Assembly: GCA_026770705.1 (NCBI GenBank)
Contig: JANJGN010000034.1
Location: forward strand, 6,572,001-6,636,000
Length of the DNA stretch: 64,000 bases
DNA from: Isurus oxyrinchus
Lineage: Eukaryota
Direction: 5' to 3'
In this document: positions 25,532 to 36,780 of the stretch, piece by piece
Position numbering within the stretch: position 1 is the first letter of the stretch
Layout of the letters: each line of letters begins with the position of its first letter
The notes under the pieces: generated by a model
What the model was told of the DNA's origin: nothing
Databases searched by the model: none
Seen by the model: the letters and a program-made list of their open reading frames with translations, nothing else
Made by a program: the position numbers and the translations under genes

Positions 25532-27164
25532 GTAAGCCCTTTTGCTCCTAGTGGTAGACAAGCATCTACAATTTTATCAGGGATTTTATTTATTATTTTA
25601 ACTTTGTGTTATTGAAGTTGAGGCCCTCATTTTATAAAAATTGGCAGTCAGTATAAATTTGGGTTGCTTTTCATCAACGGCACACATCGAAATTTAGACG
25701 ATTACACAACATGCCAAACTTATAAAGAAAAGGAAAACTATATCATACTATTCATTACTATCAATTGAATCATTCCGCAACAGCCTACATTACATAGGCT
25801 ATCTTTCCACGTGAGTACGTCTCAAAGTGCTTCATAGTCAACGTATTTTTATTTAGCGTACATAGAAAACTCATAGATGAAATCTTGGGGAAATGGCAGC
25901 TGACATCAGCAGAATCAGCTCCCACAAACATGAATCTAAGAATTACCACTTCAAATGATTACCAAGTGATTTCGTAGTGATGTGGACGTGTACTTTGCGA
26001 ACATGCTGGTTAGATGTCAAGCGTGCTCCAGCGAAAACTCCAGTTATACTTCAAAGGAGGAAGACTCACATTGTGAACAACCCATATTCACTAAATTTGA
26101 CTTGAAACAGTCGTTTCAACCACCCCCTCAATGCCAGGCCCACAAACACACACACATTCATATGCATACGTTCATGTACACCAATATGCACACATACTGC
26201 TCTCCGAGAACATGTATTCAACAAGTTGCCTCACATTCAGAAGCCACTCATGTTGTTTCAGGGGAGGGAAATCAAGTGATGCAGTGTTGAACGTTACCTA
26301 AGCGGCTGGCTGGGAAACATTGAGTTTCTTTTGAGTTTCTAATGTTAGACCTGCCCTATTTACATGACAGGCGGCGCGCCCAAGAGCGTAGACGTTTTCA
26401 GGACGACTATGCTGGCCTTTGTTTTAGGAAATTGATGGCATTCAAATGAATCATTTAATCGCTGAACCATTTCTTCACTTGGAAGACAGAATAAAGCTAA
26501 AATTTATAATAAAATTCTGACAAATGTAAATCGTGAAGTTTACTTGTCAGAAATTCCTAATAAACTTTCAACCCTTCATGGTTAAATAGCACTAAAGTTT
26601 AAATGATGATGATGATAAGATTAATAGTACAAAAACAATAAAACAATATAATAATATAATAATAATATTAATAATAGCCGAATTTACAGAGTTTCCTTTT
26701 TTCAGGGTCTATGAATGTGTCCTAATTGCAATGAAGATATTCAAATTTTTTTGAAGAGAAGCTAAATATTCCAATGTTACAAACACCGTAGTCAGCCCAC
26801 AAAGAATATTGCCTCAGAACCAGCAATTTATTAATAAGCAAGCAATCTGCTGCAGTGTTGTGGAAGAGGAAAAATTAAGTTTGGGCATCGAGAATACCTG
26901 GCCTTATTTTTAATATTTTTAAGAAAAACTATAGGTCCACTTGAGATCTCAGAATGAGATTCTGTTTCAATTTTGGCGTTGACGAACAAGAACGTATGAT
27001 TTGTGAGCATCGATGAGCCGAGCTCTCTTTCAATAAGTTAACGCTGGCTTGCTTGTGGTCTTACTTCCACGTTGCTGTCAGTCTCACATAAGCATTTGCT
27101 CCCCAGCAGATATTTTCCTTTCCATATTAGCTTTGACTATATTCATTGACCCAACTCCGGATTA

Positions 27165-27385
27165 GAATTGCTTAATGAACAATGACTTACTGAGTATGGA
27201 ATTACAACTCATTAGGGACTGATATGGGAAGCGCCTTTTTAAAAAACGGGGTCCCTCTATGGGAAATACTACTTTCCACTATTCAGGATGTATCAGCAAA
27301 CATTCGTAAAATCATGGCCTGAATCTCCCGAGGAAAGGCTGACACAGTTCAATTTGCCACTCAGCTACTACTTTCCATGCCATGG
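27165..27385 (+). pseudogene. Copy B exon
   Basis: MYQQTFVKSWPESPEERLTQF~DLEQIFLRSWRESHLTEIRQY (core 27294-27350); boundaries approximate. Confidence 0.7.
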
Positions 27386-27399
27386 TGCTGCTCCATATT

Positions 27400-28560
27400 T
27401 CTGGTTGGCATTCGATAAGGCATCACATAAAAGATTGCTGCAGAAGATACGACACCACTGTATTGTGCTTAATGTATTAGCAAGCATAGAAATTTGACTA
27501 AAAAAACAGGAAACAGGATCATGTCAAAATGAAACAATTGTCAAACGGTGAACTATATTTACTGATTTGCCCCAAAAATCAAGTGCTGGGGTCTGTGCTA
27601 TTTACTATTTATTTTCAGGGCATGGATGGTGGTACAGAGTAAATTGTTGTCAAATTTGCTGTTGGTACACTGATGGATGCAAAATTATCTTTTGCGGAGA
27701 ATGCAAAGAGCCTTCGACAGATATAAATAGGTTTAGCATGTTGATACAATTTAGCCGATGAAATTTTCTGTGACAAAATTTCCTGTTGGTCATTTTGTCA
27801 GGGATAATAGGAATGCCAACATTACTTAAAAAGTGAAAGACTGCAGATTGCTGCGGTACAGAGGGCATAGTGCCCCGTTGTACATGATTTACATGTTAGC
27901 ATAGAGTGACAGCAAGTAATTAGGCGAACAAGATGCTTTAGTGCAAGGCACATTTCTTACTCCAACTGTGTAAGATATTGATAAGACTGGACCTTGGGTA
28001 ATGAACACAGTTTAAGTCAAAATACTTAGAGAAGGTATATGAGCCTTTGAAGCACTTCAGTGGGTGTTCAATTGTCAGATAACTGGGGTAAAAGTGCTGC
28101 TTCATGAGAACAGCTTGGAAATTATACATTGGTGTTTAGAATAATGGAGTGATATTGCTTAACCATCTTAGATTCTGGGGGTGAATTGGAAATGGGGTGA
28201 AGTGAGTTTGAAAGGATTCTTCCTCACCTGGGGAGTATGTAAATATTGGGTGCCCGGCAACTAAAATGGACCTTCAATTTCCGAACGAATTGAGGCAGAA
28301 TTCCTTTTCTCGAAGAGTCATCAGATTTTTTTGTAATTCTCTTGAACAGGGAGCAGTGGAGGCTTGGCAATTGAATGTATCCAATTATGAGTTGGACCAT
28401 TTTCCCTGATTGACAAGGGAGACAAGGTTATGTGGAGCAGGCAAGAAAGTGATAGTCAGGCCATAATCAAAGATCCGTTAACTGATCTAGCGGTAGAGCA
28501 GACGTGAGTGGCTGATTTGCCTCTTTGTGCTCCTATATTTTACAATTGTACGATCTTATG
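27400..28560 (+). mobile_element. CR1 LINE RT and 3' end
   Basis: LAFDKASHKRLLQKI (AFDKVPH.RLL.K); 3' tail ggctgatttgcctctttgtgctcctatattttacaattgtacgatcttatg. Confidence 0.85.
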
Positions 28561-28619
28561 ACATTTGTTCCGTTTTTGAACACGAGTGTCAACATTCTTT
28601 TAGACAGTGCACTTACAGG

Positions 28620-28834
28620 TTCCCTCACAATATCTTATACTTGCATCAGAACACCTTTTCGTCTTCGAAATGCTTCTGTTTATGGATCTTACATACTCAT
28701 ATTTTCGCCAAAACACAATCCCACGAATCCACTGAGTGATGATTCTATGAATTGCTTTCAATGCAGGGTGTCCCTCCAGGAATTAGCAGGCTCATCCTGC
28801 AACAATGGTGTATGTGTGCTATTATTATTTTCCA
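28620..28834 (+). pseudogene. Copy B exon
   Basis: VSLQELAGSSCNNGVCVL~LPWLASLAASSCNDSVHVI; donor ca|gtaagt. Confidence 0.7.
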
Positions 28835-28900
28835 GTAAGTACACACATGTATTCTATCACCCGAATGCATTAAACTCATCAGTTTGACATTCATTTTCAG

Positions 28901-28924
28901 AAATAAAAGATTTGAAGGACAAGG
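28901..28924 (+). CDS. 24-bp phase-1 micro-exon (E)IKDLKDK
   Basis: cattcattttcag|aaataaaagatttgaaggacaagg|gtgaga. Confidence 0.7.
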
Positions 28925-29149
28925 GTGAGAGACAAAGGAAAAATACAGAACTTAATTTCCACCTTGATTTTTTGATATACATGCTCTGCATGCAACTTTG
29001 GCCCTCCGCTTTGACTGTTTGTTCAATTAAGTGAAATGTGTAAAGGATACTTTGATTTTGTCACTGTCCCTAGAATTAGAGAATTTTACATAAAAAACGA
29101 TCAATCAGTCGTGAGGAGGACCACCTTCTTCAATCGTTGCTTCCTTACT

Positions 29150-29625
29150 TTGTGTAATTACTGCCGTCTCACACTAAACCTTCTCCATCCAACACGCCAA
29201 CACTTGCTGACTGATACACTGACAGCCACTTAAACTGGGACTTGATTTTAAAAACTGCCATTGTTGTTTTCAAATTTATCATGGCTTCTCCTCATTATTT
29301 CAGCAACATCTTCCTAGCCCTCAACCGTACGAGATATCTGCATGAATGGAATGTTGCCCTCTTTAGAAAGCCCAATTTTAATTGCGCAAAAATTCCAGCC
29401 TTTGGCAAGCTTGAGTCTATAATTCCCACATAGGATTCGATGATGATTCCCACTCTTTCCTCATTAAACACGCTGTGCACATAACTTGTCTTTTTTTTCT
29501 TATTTCTTTCATGTGCGTTTTGAGGCTTGGTGAAAGAAGAATAGTAGTTCATAACACTCCACTGAAGTGCATTGCGCTGTTTTTTTTACACTAAGGGCTG
29601 TAAATGCGGAAAGTTTCTGTCGTTT
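29150..29625 (+). mobile_element. L2 LINE 3' fragment
   Basis: tttaaaaactgccattgttgttttcaaatttatcatggcttctcctcatt... typical L2 C-terminus (FK..L.FK.LHG) and tail. Confidence 0.6.
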
Positions 29626-29727
29626 TTGTTAATATTGTGAATTAATATGAAATGAAGTAATGATATATTTCTTGTATTATTAATTTTATAGAATCTATGC
29701 TCCTAAATACATATGCTTTTTTCATAG

Positions 29728-29754
29728 CTGCCCATGTGGCTGATTCGGCAAAAG
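29728..29754 (+). CDS. 27-bp phase-1 micro-exon (A)AHVADSAK
   Basis: gcttttttcatag|ctgcccatgtggctgattcggcaaaag|gtaaag. Confidence 0.6.
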
Positions 29755-29769
29755 GTAAAGCAACTCACA

Positions 29770-29898
29770 ATGCAAAATTAATATCCATACTGAACAAAAG
29801 AGCAGAGGAAATCGTTTTTTCTGCTGTGCAAATTGAAATCCTATGTTGCTGTCATGGTCTCCTCGAATACTATTTATTTGTTCTTTTGTCTCTTTCAG
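29770..29898 (+). pseudogene. Copy B exon remnant
   Basis: LCKLKSYVAVMVSS~EGKLAKTNYVVIICA; weak match, but in the expected order. Confidence 0.4.
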
Positions 29899-30299
29899 GC
29901 AGGCAAACAATGCACAATTAATTTATATGCCAAGTTCTCCTTTAAACTTTGCATAATCTATGGCAGGCATTCATCGAGTTCGCAGCTCATTTGAGCGGGT
30001 CTGTTATTGTTGTACCACGCTATGAATTCAGTTCCATGGGACTAAGAATCCGTTGACATAACGCAGTTGCCATCTACCATTCTCGCCATAATTAAATTGT
30101 TGATGATTGTCATCATCCACGATTCGTTTGTAATGTCTTTTCGATCAAAATATCTTATTTAAATCTTTTGTATGATCTATCTGCTATATTTGGCCACTGA
30201 CGTCAACGCTAAAATTAGATAAGTTAACTTATGTCCAAATATGAACACAAGCAGGTGAAATTAAGTGTTTAGGGGACCGTAATGGTCATTGGCATTATG

Positions 30300-30650
30300 A
30301 CACAACTTGTCTCAATGTCTTTTTATTGTCTTACACGGATCTTGGGCGTCGCTCCCTCGGGCAACATTCATAGCTCAGCGCTAATTGCCCTTGGGGAGGT
30401 GCTGGCGAACTATCTTCTTGAAATTCTCCAGTCCATGCATTGTGGGTACACCAGAATGCTATTAGGAAGAGTTTTCCTGGATTTTGACACTGTGGCAGTA
30501 AAGGAACAACAATATTGTTATAAGTCACGGCGGTGTATGGCTGCTGCGGAAAACGCAGGTGGGGTTGTCCCCATACATCTGCTGCCATTGTCTTTTTAGG
30601 TGGAAGAGTTGACGGATTTGAAAGACAATCACAACAGCATTCTTAGAGTG
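30300..30650 (-). mobile_element. CR1-group LINE 3' fragment, antisense
   Basis: ctaattgcccttggggaggtgctggcgaactatcttcttgaaattctccagtcc is the reverse complement of the family tail. Confidence 0.75.
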
Positions 30651-30939
30651 CAATGTACACCATAGAATCTACTGAATGCAAATCCAAAGCGAATAATTGG
30701 AGAAGAAAATGTATACTGATTTCATTTAGTTGCAGAACGAACAAAAGTAGTTACCTTTGTTTCAACTTAATTATCAGTCCCCTAAAGACACCTTTGCATG
30801 CATTACACAGCACATTTGAAGGCCCAGTCTTCATCAGCTGCGTGTTTCTCCTTATCCTAACGTTAATCCTGCATGCCTTCTTTCTTTATTAGCAAGTTGT
30901 CAATCATTTGCAATTGCTAAAATAATGAAGCTTTCGTGC

Positions 30940-31730
30940 TTGCATGCCGTATGACCTGGAGAACCTCCAGAAATGGTTTGATCTGCGTAAAATGCTTTTA
31001 GCGCCAAATAATTAGCAGGCAATGACCATCTGAAGCAAGAACAAATCTTATTAAACCGCTTGAAGCTCACCAGAATATTACTGCTGATTCCCAGACCATC
31101 AACCTCTTGTCATTATACTTGACCACGAATTTAATTTGAGCAACGAATTTGGTGGCTATTAGAGCAGACCAGAGGCTTTGAACTATGCACCGAATAACTC
31201 ATGCCCTAATGCTCCAGAGCCTTTCCATCATCTTACAGTGGAATATTGTGTGGGCGATTGAAGCCCCTCTTCCTTCCAGGGTGAGTGTAGTTAGAAAAAA
31301 CATTGAGAAAGCTGGGTTCCAGCGAGAGAAAAAGGAAAAAGTCATTTGATTGGCAGCCTGTCCACCACGCTCATTCGCAGCCTCCACTCCTGGTGCCTAG
31401 TGTTCACAATGTGCACCAATTATAAATGCACCAGAGCCACTCTTGAAGTCCCTATCAGCAAAGCTTTTATAATTTGTAAAAGCTTCCTCTTAGCAGGACA
31501 AGAACAGCAGAGTGATAGCCACACCACCACCAGTAAAATCCCCCTCAAGGCAGGGGCTGTTCTGCCTCGGAATGACATTGCTGTTCATCCGTTGATGCTG
31601 GGTTGACATACGGGAACATCTACCACATGGACCGCCGTGTTTCTAGAACATAGCTGGCCATCTTATCCTCATGAGAAGTTAGGGATGAGATTTTATAGCG
31701 ATGCTCAGAAGTCATGAATGTATCAATAAA
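30940..31730 (+). mobile_element. CR1-group LINE 3' fragment
   Basis: Same RT C-terminus and tail family as 15480-18185, more decayed. Confidence 0.65.
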
Positions 31731-32049
31731 ACATTTAACCAAAAGTGAGGGGTGTACATTCGGCCACCCATTGCATGTTCAATCCAGTTCATTGATTAGC
31801 CAAATATGATCTATATAAAACAATTAGTTTATTCCTTGTCAGCTGTGGTAAGGGAAAATTTGCTCTTTGCCTAGGTGTGAAGATCAAAATGCTGCACCTG
31901 AGTTTCCTCTCGTGGTGCTTTTTGTTGTCAGTGAAATTCCGCCAGTAACAAAGCACCATTTTAAAATTGTGCCTCCACGTTTTAAGCAATGCGCCACCCT
32001 TGCCAGCCCGTACAGAAGCTCACTCCTTTACATCGCTGGTACAAGCTTC

Positions 32050-32500
32050 GCCATATTCTTTATGAACATTTTCATGCAAGATCTTGCCGAGCATTTGCTC
32101 CAAGATCTTCAGTTCCTTTGAAATGTAGTTCGAGAAATCTCTGATATGGAGCTTGCAGCTTTGCCAGATCCAAGGGGAATTCCAATAAGAGAACATGTCG
32201 CTCTACGCCATCATTACTGACCTGACCAAGGCCGTTCATACGGTCAATCCTGAGGTCTTTTGCTAGGTATTGCAGAAACTCAGCTGCCTTGAGAGAATAA
32301 TACCATGGGTCCCCAGTTCCATGATAGTATTCTGGCAGGTTTCAGGACTGTGGTGAGTGTGTTGAAATGTCACAAGTCCACAACAGAGTAAAATAGATAA
32401 ACGTCATACCACTAACGCTCTGCAGTTTTTGTAATCATTACCTACTCCGATGCATTCCGGGCTAGTGACCCTGGTATTAAAGTAGGGTATTGCGTGAATT
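32050..32500 (+). mobile_element. RTE (BovB-like) LINE RT fragment
   Basis: QIQGEFQ*ENMSLYAIITDLTKAVHTVNPEVFC*VLQKLSCLERII matches RTE consensus Q.QEKC.EQ...LY..F.DLTKAFDTV.R..LW..L.K.GCP. Confidence 0.75.
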
Positions 32501-32689
32501 CGAATCTGCTGGGAATGAGACGATACCTGGAAAAGCACAAGGCCTGCAAATGGCATTGAGGAATTGTAATATTTAAACATGCCATATCTTTGCCTGCTCT
32601 CCGAATGAACAATTCAAAGCGTGCAATTCCTTGCTTTTATGCACAGAGCTCACAATTTTACTTTTCAGCTAATAACACAATTTCTACTT

Positions 32690-33420
32690 CAATGTCTTCA
32701 TTCAAACTGCCGACAACAACGCTCCCAAGGATTGCATTTCATATAATAACACAAATCTCCATGAAAAGAAAGATTGCACTCATGCCAACGTTGTATTATT
32801 TGCCTATTATGTTAAATCTGTTTGCTCCTGATCACCATACTTCCATCAGTATTTGGTTTTTGCTCTTCAATCTGCCGTGATACGACATTATTTTACTTAC
32901 CTCGATCAAAGCACTCTCAGTTTCTCTTGTCCAAGGAAAATAGTCTCAGATTATTTAATCTGTCTACATAACCGAAGTTATTCACACCAGAAGGATTGCA
33001 GTGAATTATTTCTGACTCTGTCCAATACCTAATCATCTTCCCCAAATACTGATGCCCAAAAATGGATGCAACACATTTGAGGCTGAACAAATATTTTCAG
33101 TTTCTTTATTGTAACCTTATTGTTCTTTTACTGCCTGTCTCTAATAAGAAATCCTGGTATACTGAATGCTTTACTATTCGCTCTCTCAGGAATTGTTGCT
33201 CTCTTCGATTATCCATACATGTATTTACGAAGGTACCTCTTGTCCTGCAAAGCCTTCAGAATTGCTTCTTTTATGGTAGGTTGTCTCTCAGTCATCTTGC
33301 TCCTAATAACAAATCTCCTGTGCTTTGAATTTCATGCACCGTGTGTTCGGGGAACTCCAGCAACACGGCCTTTTTGGATTCTGCACTGCCCAACTCACAA
33401 TTCACAAAGGTTCGATTTAT
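32690..33420 (-). mobile_element. Decayed CR1 3' fragment, antisense
   Basis: gcccaaaaatggatgcaacacatttgaggctgaac resembles the antisense CR1 core cccagaactgtacacaatactcc. Confidence 0.55.
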
Positions 33421-33479
33421 CGGATTATCTTTTCATTTCAAAATCGTGACGACTACGCTCAGTTTTCGCACTTTAGTAC

Positions 33480-33730
33480 AGATTAGGAAGAACAAGTCAC
33501 TAAATCTCTGAGTAGGTCCACCATAAAACTTCGGCCGGTCCGAAAGAAATGTCCATCTGAGAATATTGTATGCTGCCTGTTACACAACAGGCTTGTGCTC
33601 CCTATTAAGAGTGCCCCACTTACTTCAAGAGCGTTCAATTTATCGGAGGCCTGTTGTGTGGCAATTCATAAAATGCATTTTGGAACACTACGTTTACAAT
33701 TTCAGCTACATGATACTCTTAGCTGCCCTT
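33480..33730 (+). pseudogene. Copy B exon remnant
   Basis: VHLRILYAACYTT~YQARILSESLLTP; weak but positionally consistent. Confidence 0.4.
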
Positions 33731-34879
33731 CACTCAAATCCTTCAGCAAAATACATTAACATAGTTTGCCTGCGTGAAAAAAAAAGCAAAATCGTGGCTC
33801 AGTTACCTTAATTGTTTCACAATTGTCCAATTGAACTATAATTTTGATCAGAATTATTTGCCAAAAAACTTTCGATGAAATATGCTATTTAAGAAGCCAG
33901 CCTTCCAACTCATGAAGCAGAAGAGCACGCTTTGTGCGGCAATCTGTGGATTGACCTGCACTTGGGGGTATCTGTGGGATAGAGCTATTTACCCTCTGGC
34001 CGGAAATTAATCGTATGTAACCGGGAGGTAGTTGGCTGGTGTTGCGGGCATAGTTGGGTATTGTCCACGACTGCATGATGCTTAATCGCCCACTGCAACA
34101 TCCTCTTCAGCCGTGAGCAGATTTATTGAACCCCAGTCCCGGTAGCAAATCAGTCGCATGGGCTCTCGTTCTTCACTACAGAGAACACTGTCAATCTCAC
34201 TCACTATGCAGACCCACACTACTACTGCATTCCTTTTTGCTCCATTAATTGAATGCCTACTACTACATGGTTAGTTTTGTCATGCACCCTGCAGCCCTTG
34301 GTCTCTCCTAAACAACCTGAGAGAACCTCGAACGTATTGGCTAATTGCAAAGGCTCATACACCTGCACTTCAATATTCTGTGCCCCCTTACATTCCTCAC
34401 ACACCATCGCAGTCCCAGCCTGCTTGTTGCGTCCCTGCATTATTTCCATTTTTCCCCATTTCGTACCATTCCTCCCTTCCCAAATTATGTTACTTACACA
34501 CACATTGAAAACTTGAGTTTTTATTTTGTTGGCTTACAGTCTGCCTTTTCTTCTTTTTTTTTGCTTCTCATATTGTCTTCCTCTTTCTCCCATCCATAGT
34601 CAGCCTGCATCTACGTTGTCAACCTAACCGTTTTGTAAAGTACACATTGTCATCTTAACCTAGAACTTTTCGCCCACCTGCAAGCTCCAGATTTTCTTGT
34701 TATACATTTCCCAAAGTTTGGAATGCACCTTTACTTGGCCCAAACCATCTCTTTGTTAAATGTACCTCTTTATTTCATCAACATTTGCGCTATCATGATA
34801 ATGGTAGTAGTGGGGAAGTTCTATGATTATCTTATAGAGCTCAGAACCCGTTGCAGCTCCTCAGAGGCTGAAGAAGTCC

Positions 34880-35790
34880 ATATAAAAATGCAGCAAGACC
34901 CAGAAAATACCTAGGCTTGGGCTGACAATTGGAAAGTAGCATCCACACCAAGCAAATGCTCAGCAATGCCCATCTCCAACAAGGGAGAATATAAACATCG
35001 CCCTTGACAGTCAATGGCATTACCATGGTTGAATCCACCACTATAAACGTACTGAGGGTTAACGTTGACCAGAAACTGAAATAGACTAGCCACGCAATTA
35101 CTGAGGCTACAAGAGCAGGTCAGAAGACAGGAACCTTAAATAGACTAGCCACGCAATTACTAAGGCTACAAGAGCAGGTCAGAAGACAGGAACCTTGCAG
35201 CGAGTAACTCACATCCTGACTCCCCAAAGGTTGTCTATCCTATACAAGGTACAAGTCAGTAGTTTGATGAAATTCTGCCGACATGTCTGGATAGCTGCAG
35301 TTCCAAAAACACTCAAGAAACCACACAGGATCTAGGACAGAGCAGCCCAATTCATTGGCCTACATTCAACATACATTCCCTCCCTCCACTACCGACGACA
35401 TTTGGAAGCAATGCGTATAAATTCGTACCGTCTAAAACATGATCTGCAGAAACTCACCAACGCTTCTTAGGCAGCACCCGTTAAATCCACAAACGCTACC
35501 ATCTAGATGGCCAAGGGCACGATTGGAACACTACCACAGCGAAGTTCTCCTCCAAGCGAATCATCATCCTGATTTGAAAATATATCATCATCACTCCACC
35601 GTCGCTGGACCAAAATTCAAAAACTCCCTCCCACCAGCGCTGCCACCGAACCTTCACCACAGGGGTTGCAACGGTTCAAGATAATGCCTCATCACCACCT
35701 TTGCAAGGTGCAATTAGTGATGGCTAATAATTGCTAGCCTAGCCAGAGACGGTCACATCCCATTTATCAATAATTAATTTTAAAAAAAAC
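34880..35790 (+). mobile_element. CR1-group LINE 3' end containing a 59-bp tandem duplication
   Basis: atgcagcaagacccagaaaatacctaggcttgggctgac ... caccacctttgcaaggtgcaattagtgatggctaataattgctagcc tail, then A-rich. Confidence 0.9.
35079..35196 (+). repeat. Tandem direct repeat, 2 x 59 bp, one mismatch
   Basis: aaatagactagccacgcaattact(g/a)aggctacaagagcaggtcagaagacaggaacctt at 35079 and 35138. Confidence 0.95.
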
Positions 35791-36076
35791 ATTAATTCAA
35801 GCTTTTGTTGTCCAGATCTATCACACATCACCACCACCCATGTTCCTCCAACGACATCTCACTACTTTGAAGTTGGTTTTGCCCAGTGAAATATATTTTT
35901 TTTCCCGTTGATTATTCATTGTCTGTTTTCAATAGCCTAGGCTACACCTTAGGGCAGAATGTTCAATGCTTCTGAAAATGTTCTTCTACTGACATGTGTG
36001 CTGCAACGTCAACCTCATTTCCAAAACGCTAAACCATCCGTGACTGCTTTCTCCATGAGCAGAAAACATACTGTAG

Positions 36077-36780
36077 AATTTTTCCCTGAGCACAAATTAT
36101 GAATCTTTCATCTCTTGGTTGTGTACAACACATCTGTCCTAGTCCATGTTCGATTACTAAAGTCTCCCATTATAACACAATTAGAGTGTCTCTGTTTACC
36201 GATGACTATGCACCGGATCTTGGTTCTGATTTGGACATGGAATTGCTTGTTGAACTTGTGTCCAAGCTATTTGTTGAATATGCCTTGCAATCAGCACGGC
36301 GGAATCTGACGCAATGCACCAGTCTGCTCCAGGAACTAATTTATGCAAATATTTCAGCGGATTAATTTGTCTGATCACTGCAGCAGACTGGCTCAAGCTG
36401 TCTATAACGATAGCAACAGGCATGCAAGAATTGCTACTACGTTGCAGCCATCTGAAGAATTCGAAGACTAAAGCAAAATACTGTGCATGCTGGGATTCTG
36501 AAACAAGAACTAAAATTCCTGGAAAACATCAGCTGTCTGTGGAGAGGAAGACAGGATTAACATTTCGAGTCCATATGCCTCTTCATCAGAAGAATTTGAA
36601 TGCCATTTTGGGAATTACATCCATTAAGTATTTTCCTCGAATTGAAGAACAGGGGGTGTCACGCCCAGAATTGCTGCAATTGGCGCAAAAAAAGAAAGAT
36701 ATATATTGGAATAATTTCAGAGGTAGTAGGAAAAACGCACGGGGAGGGAAACCCCGGGCAGCAATTCGTCAGAAAATGAG
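36077..36780 (+). pseudogene. Copy B exon(s) with a short repeat inserted at ~36470-36590
   Basis: STAESDAMHQSAPG..FSGLICLITAA~SIADSSTQNLDLG..VDFLICIPPSE; then ELLQLAQKK~VLLELGLKK. Confidence 0.6.

Noticed and set aside
26490-26525. 36-bp AG..GT segment
   Set aside because: Two stops in the phase-1 frame and a weak donor.
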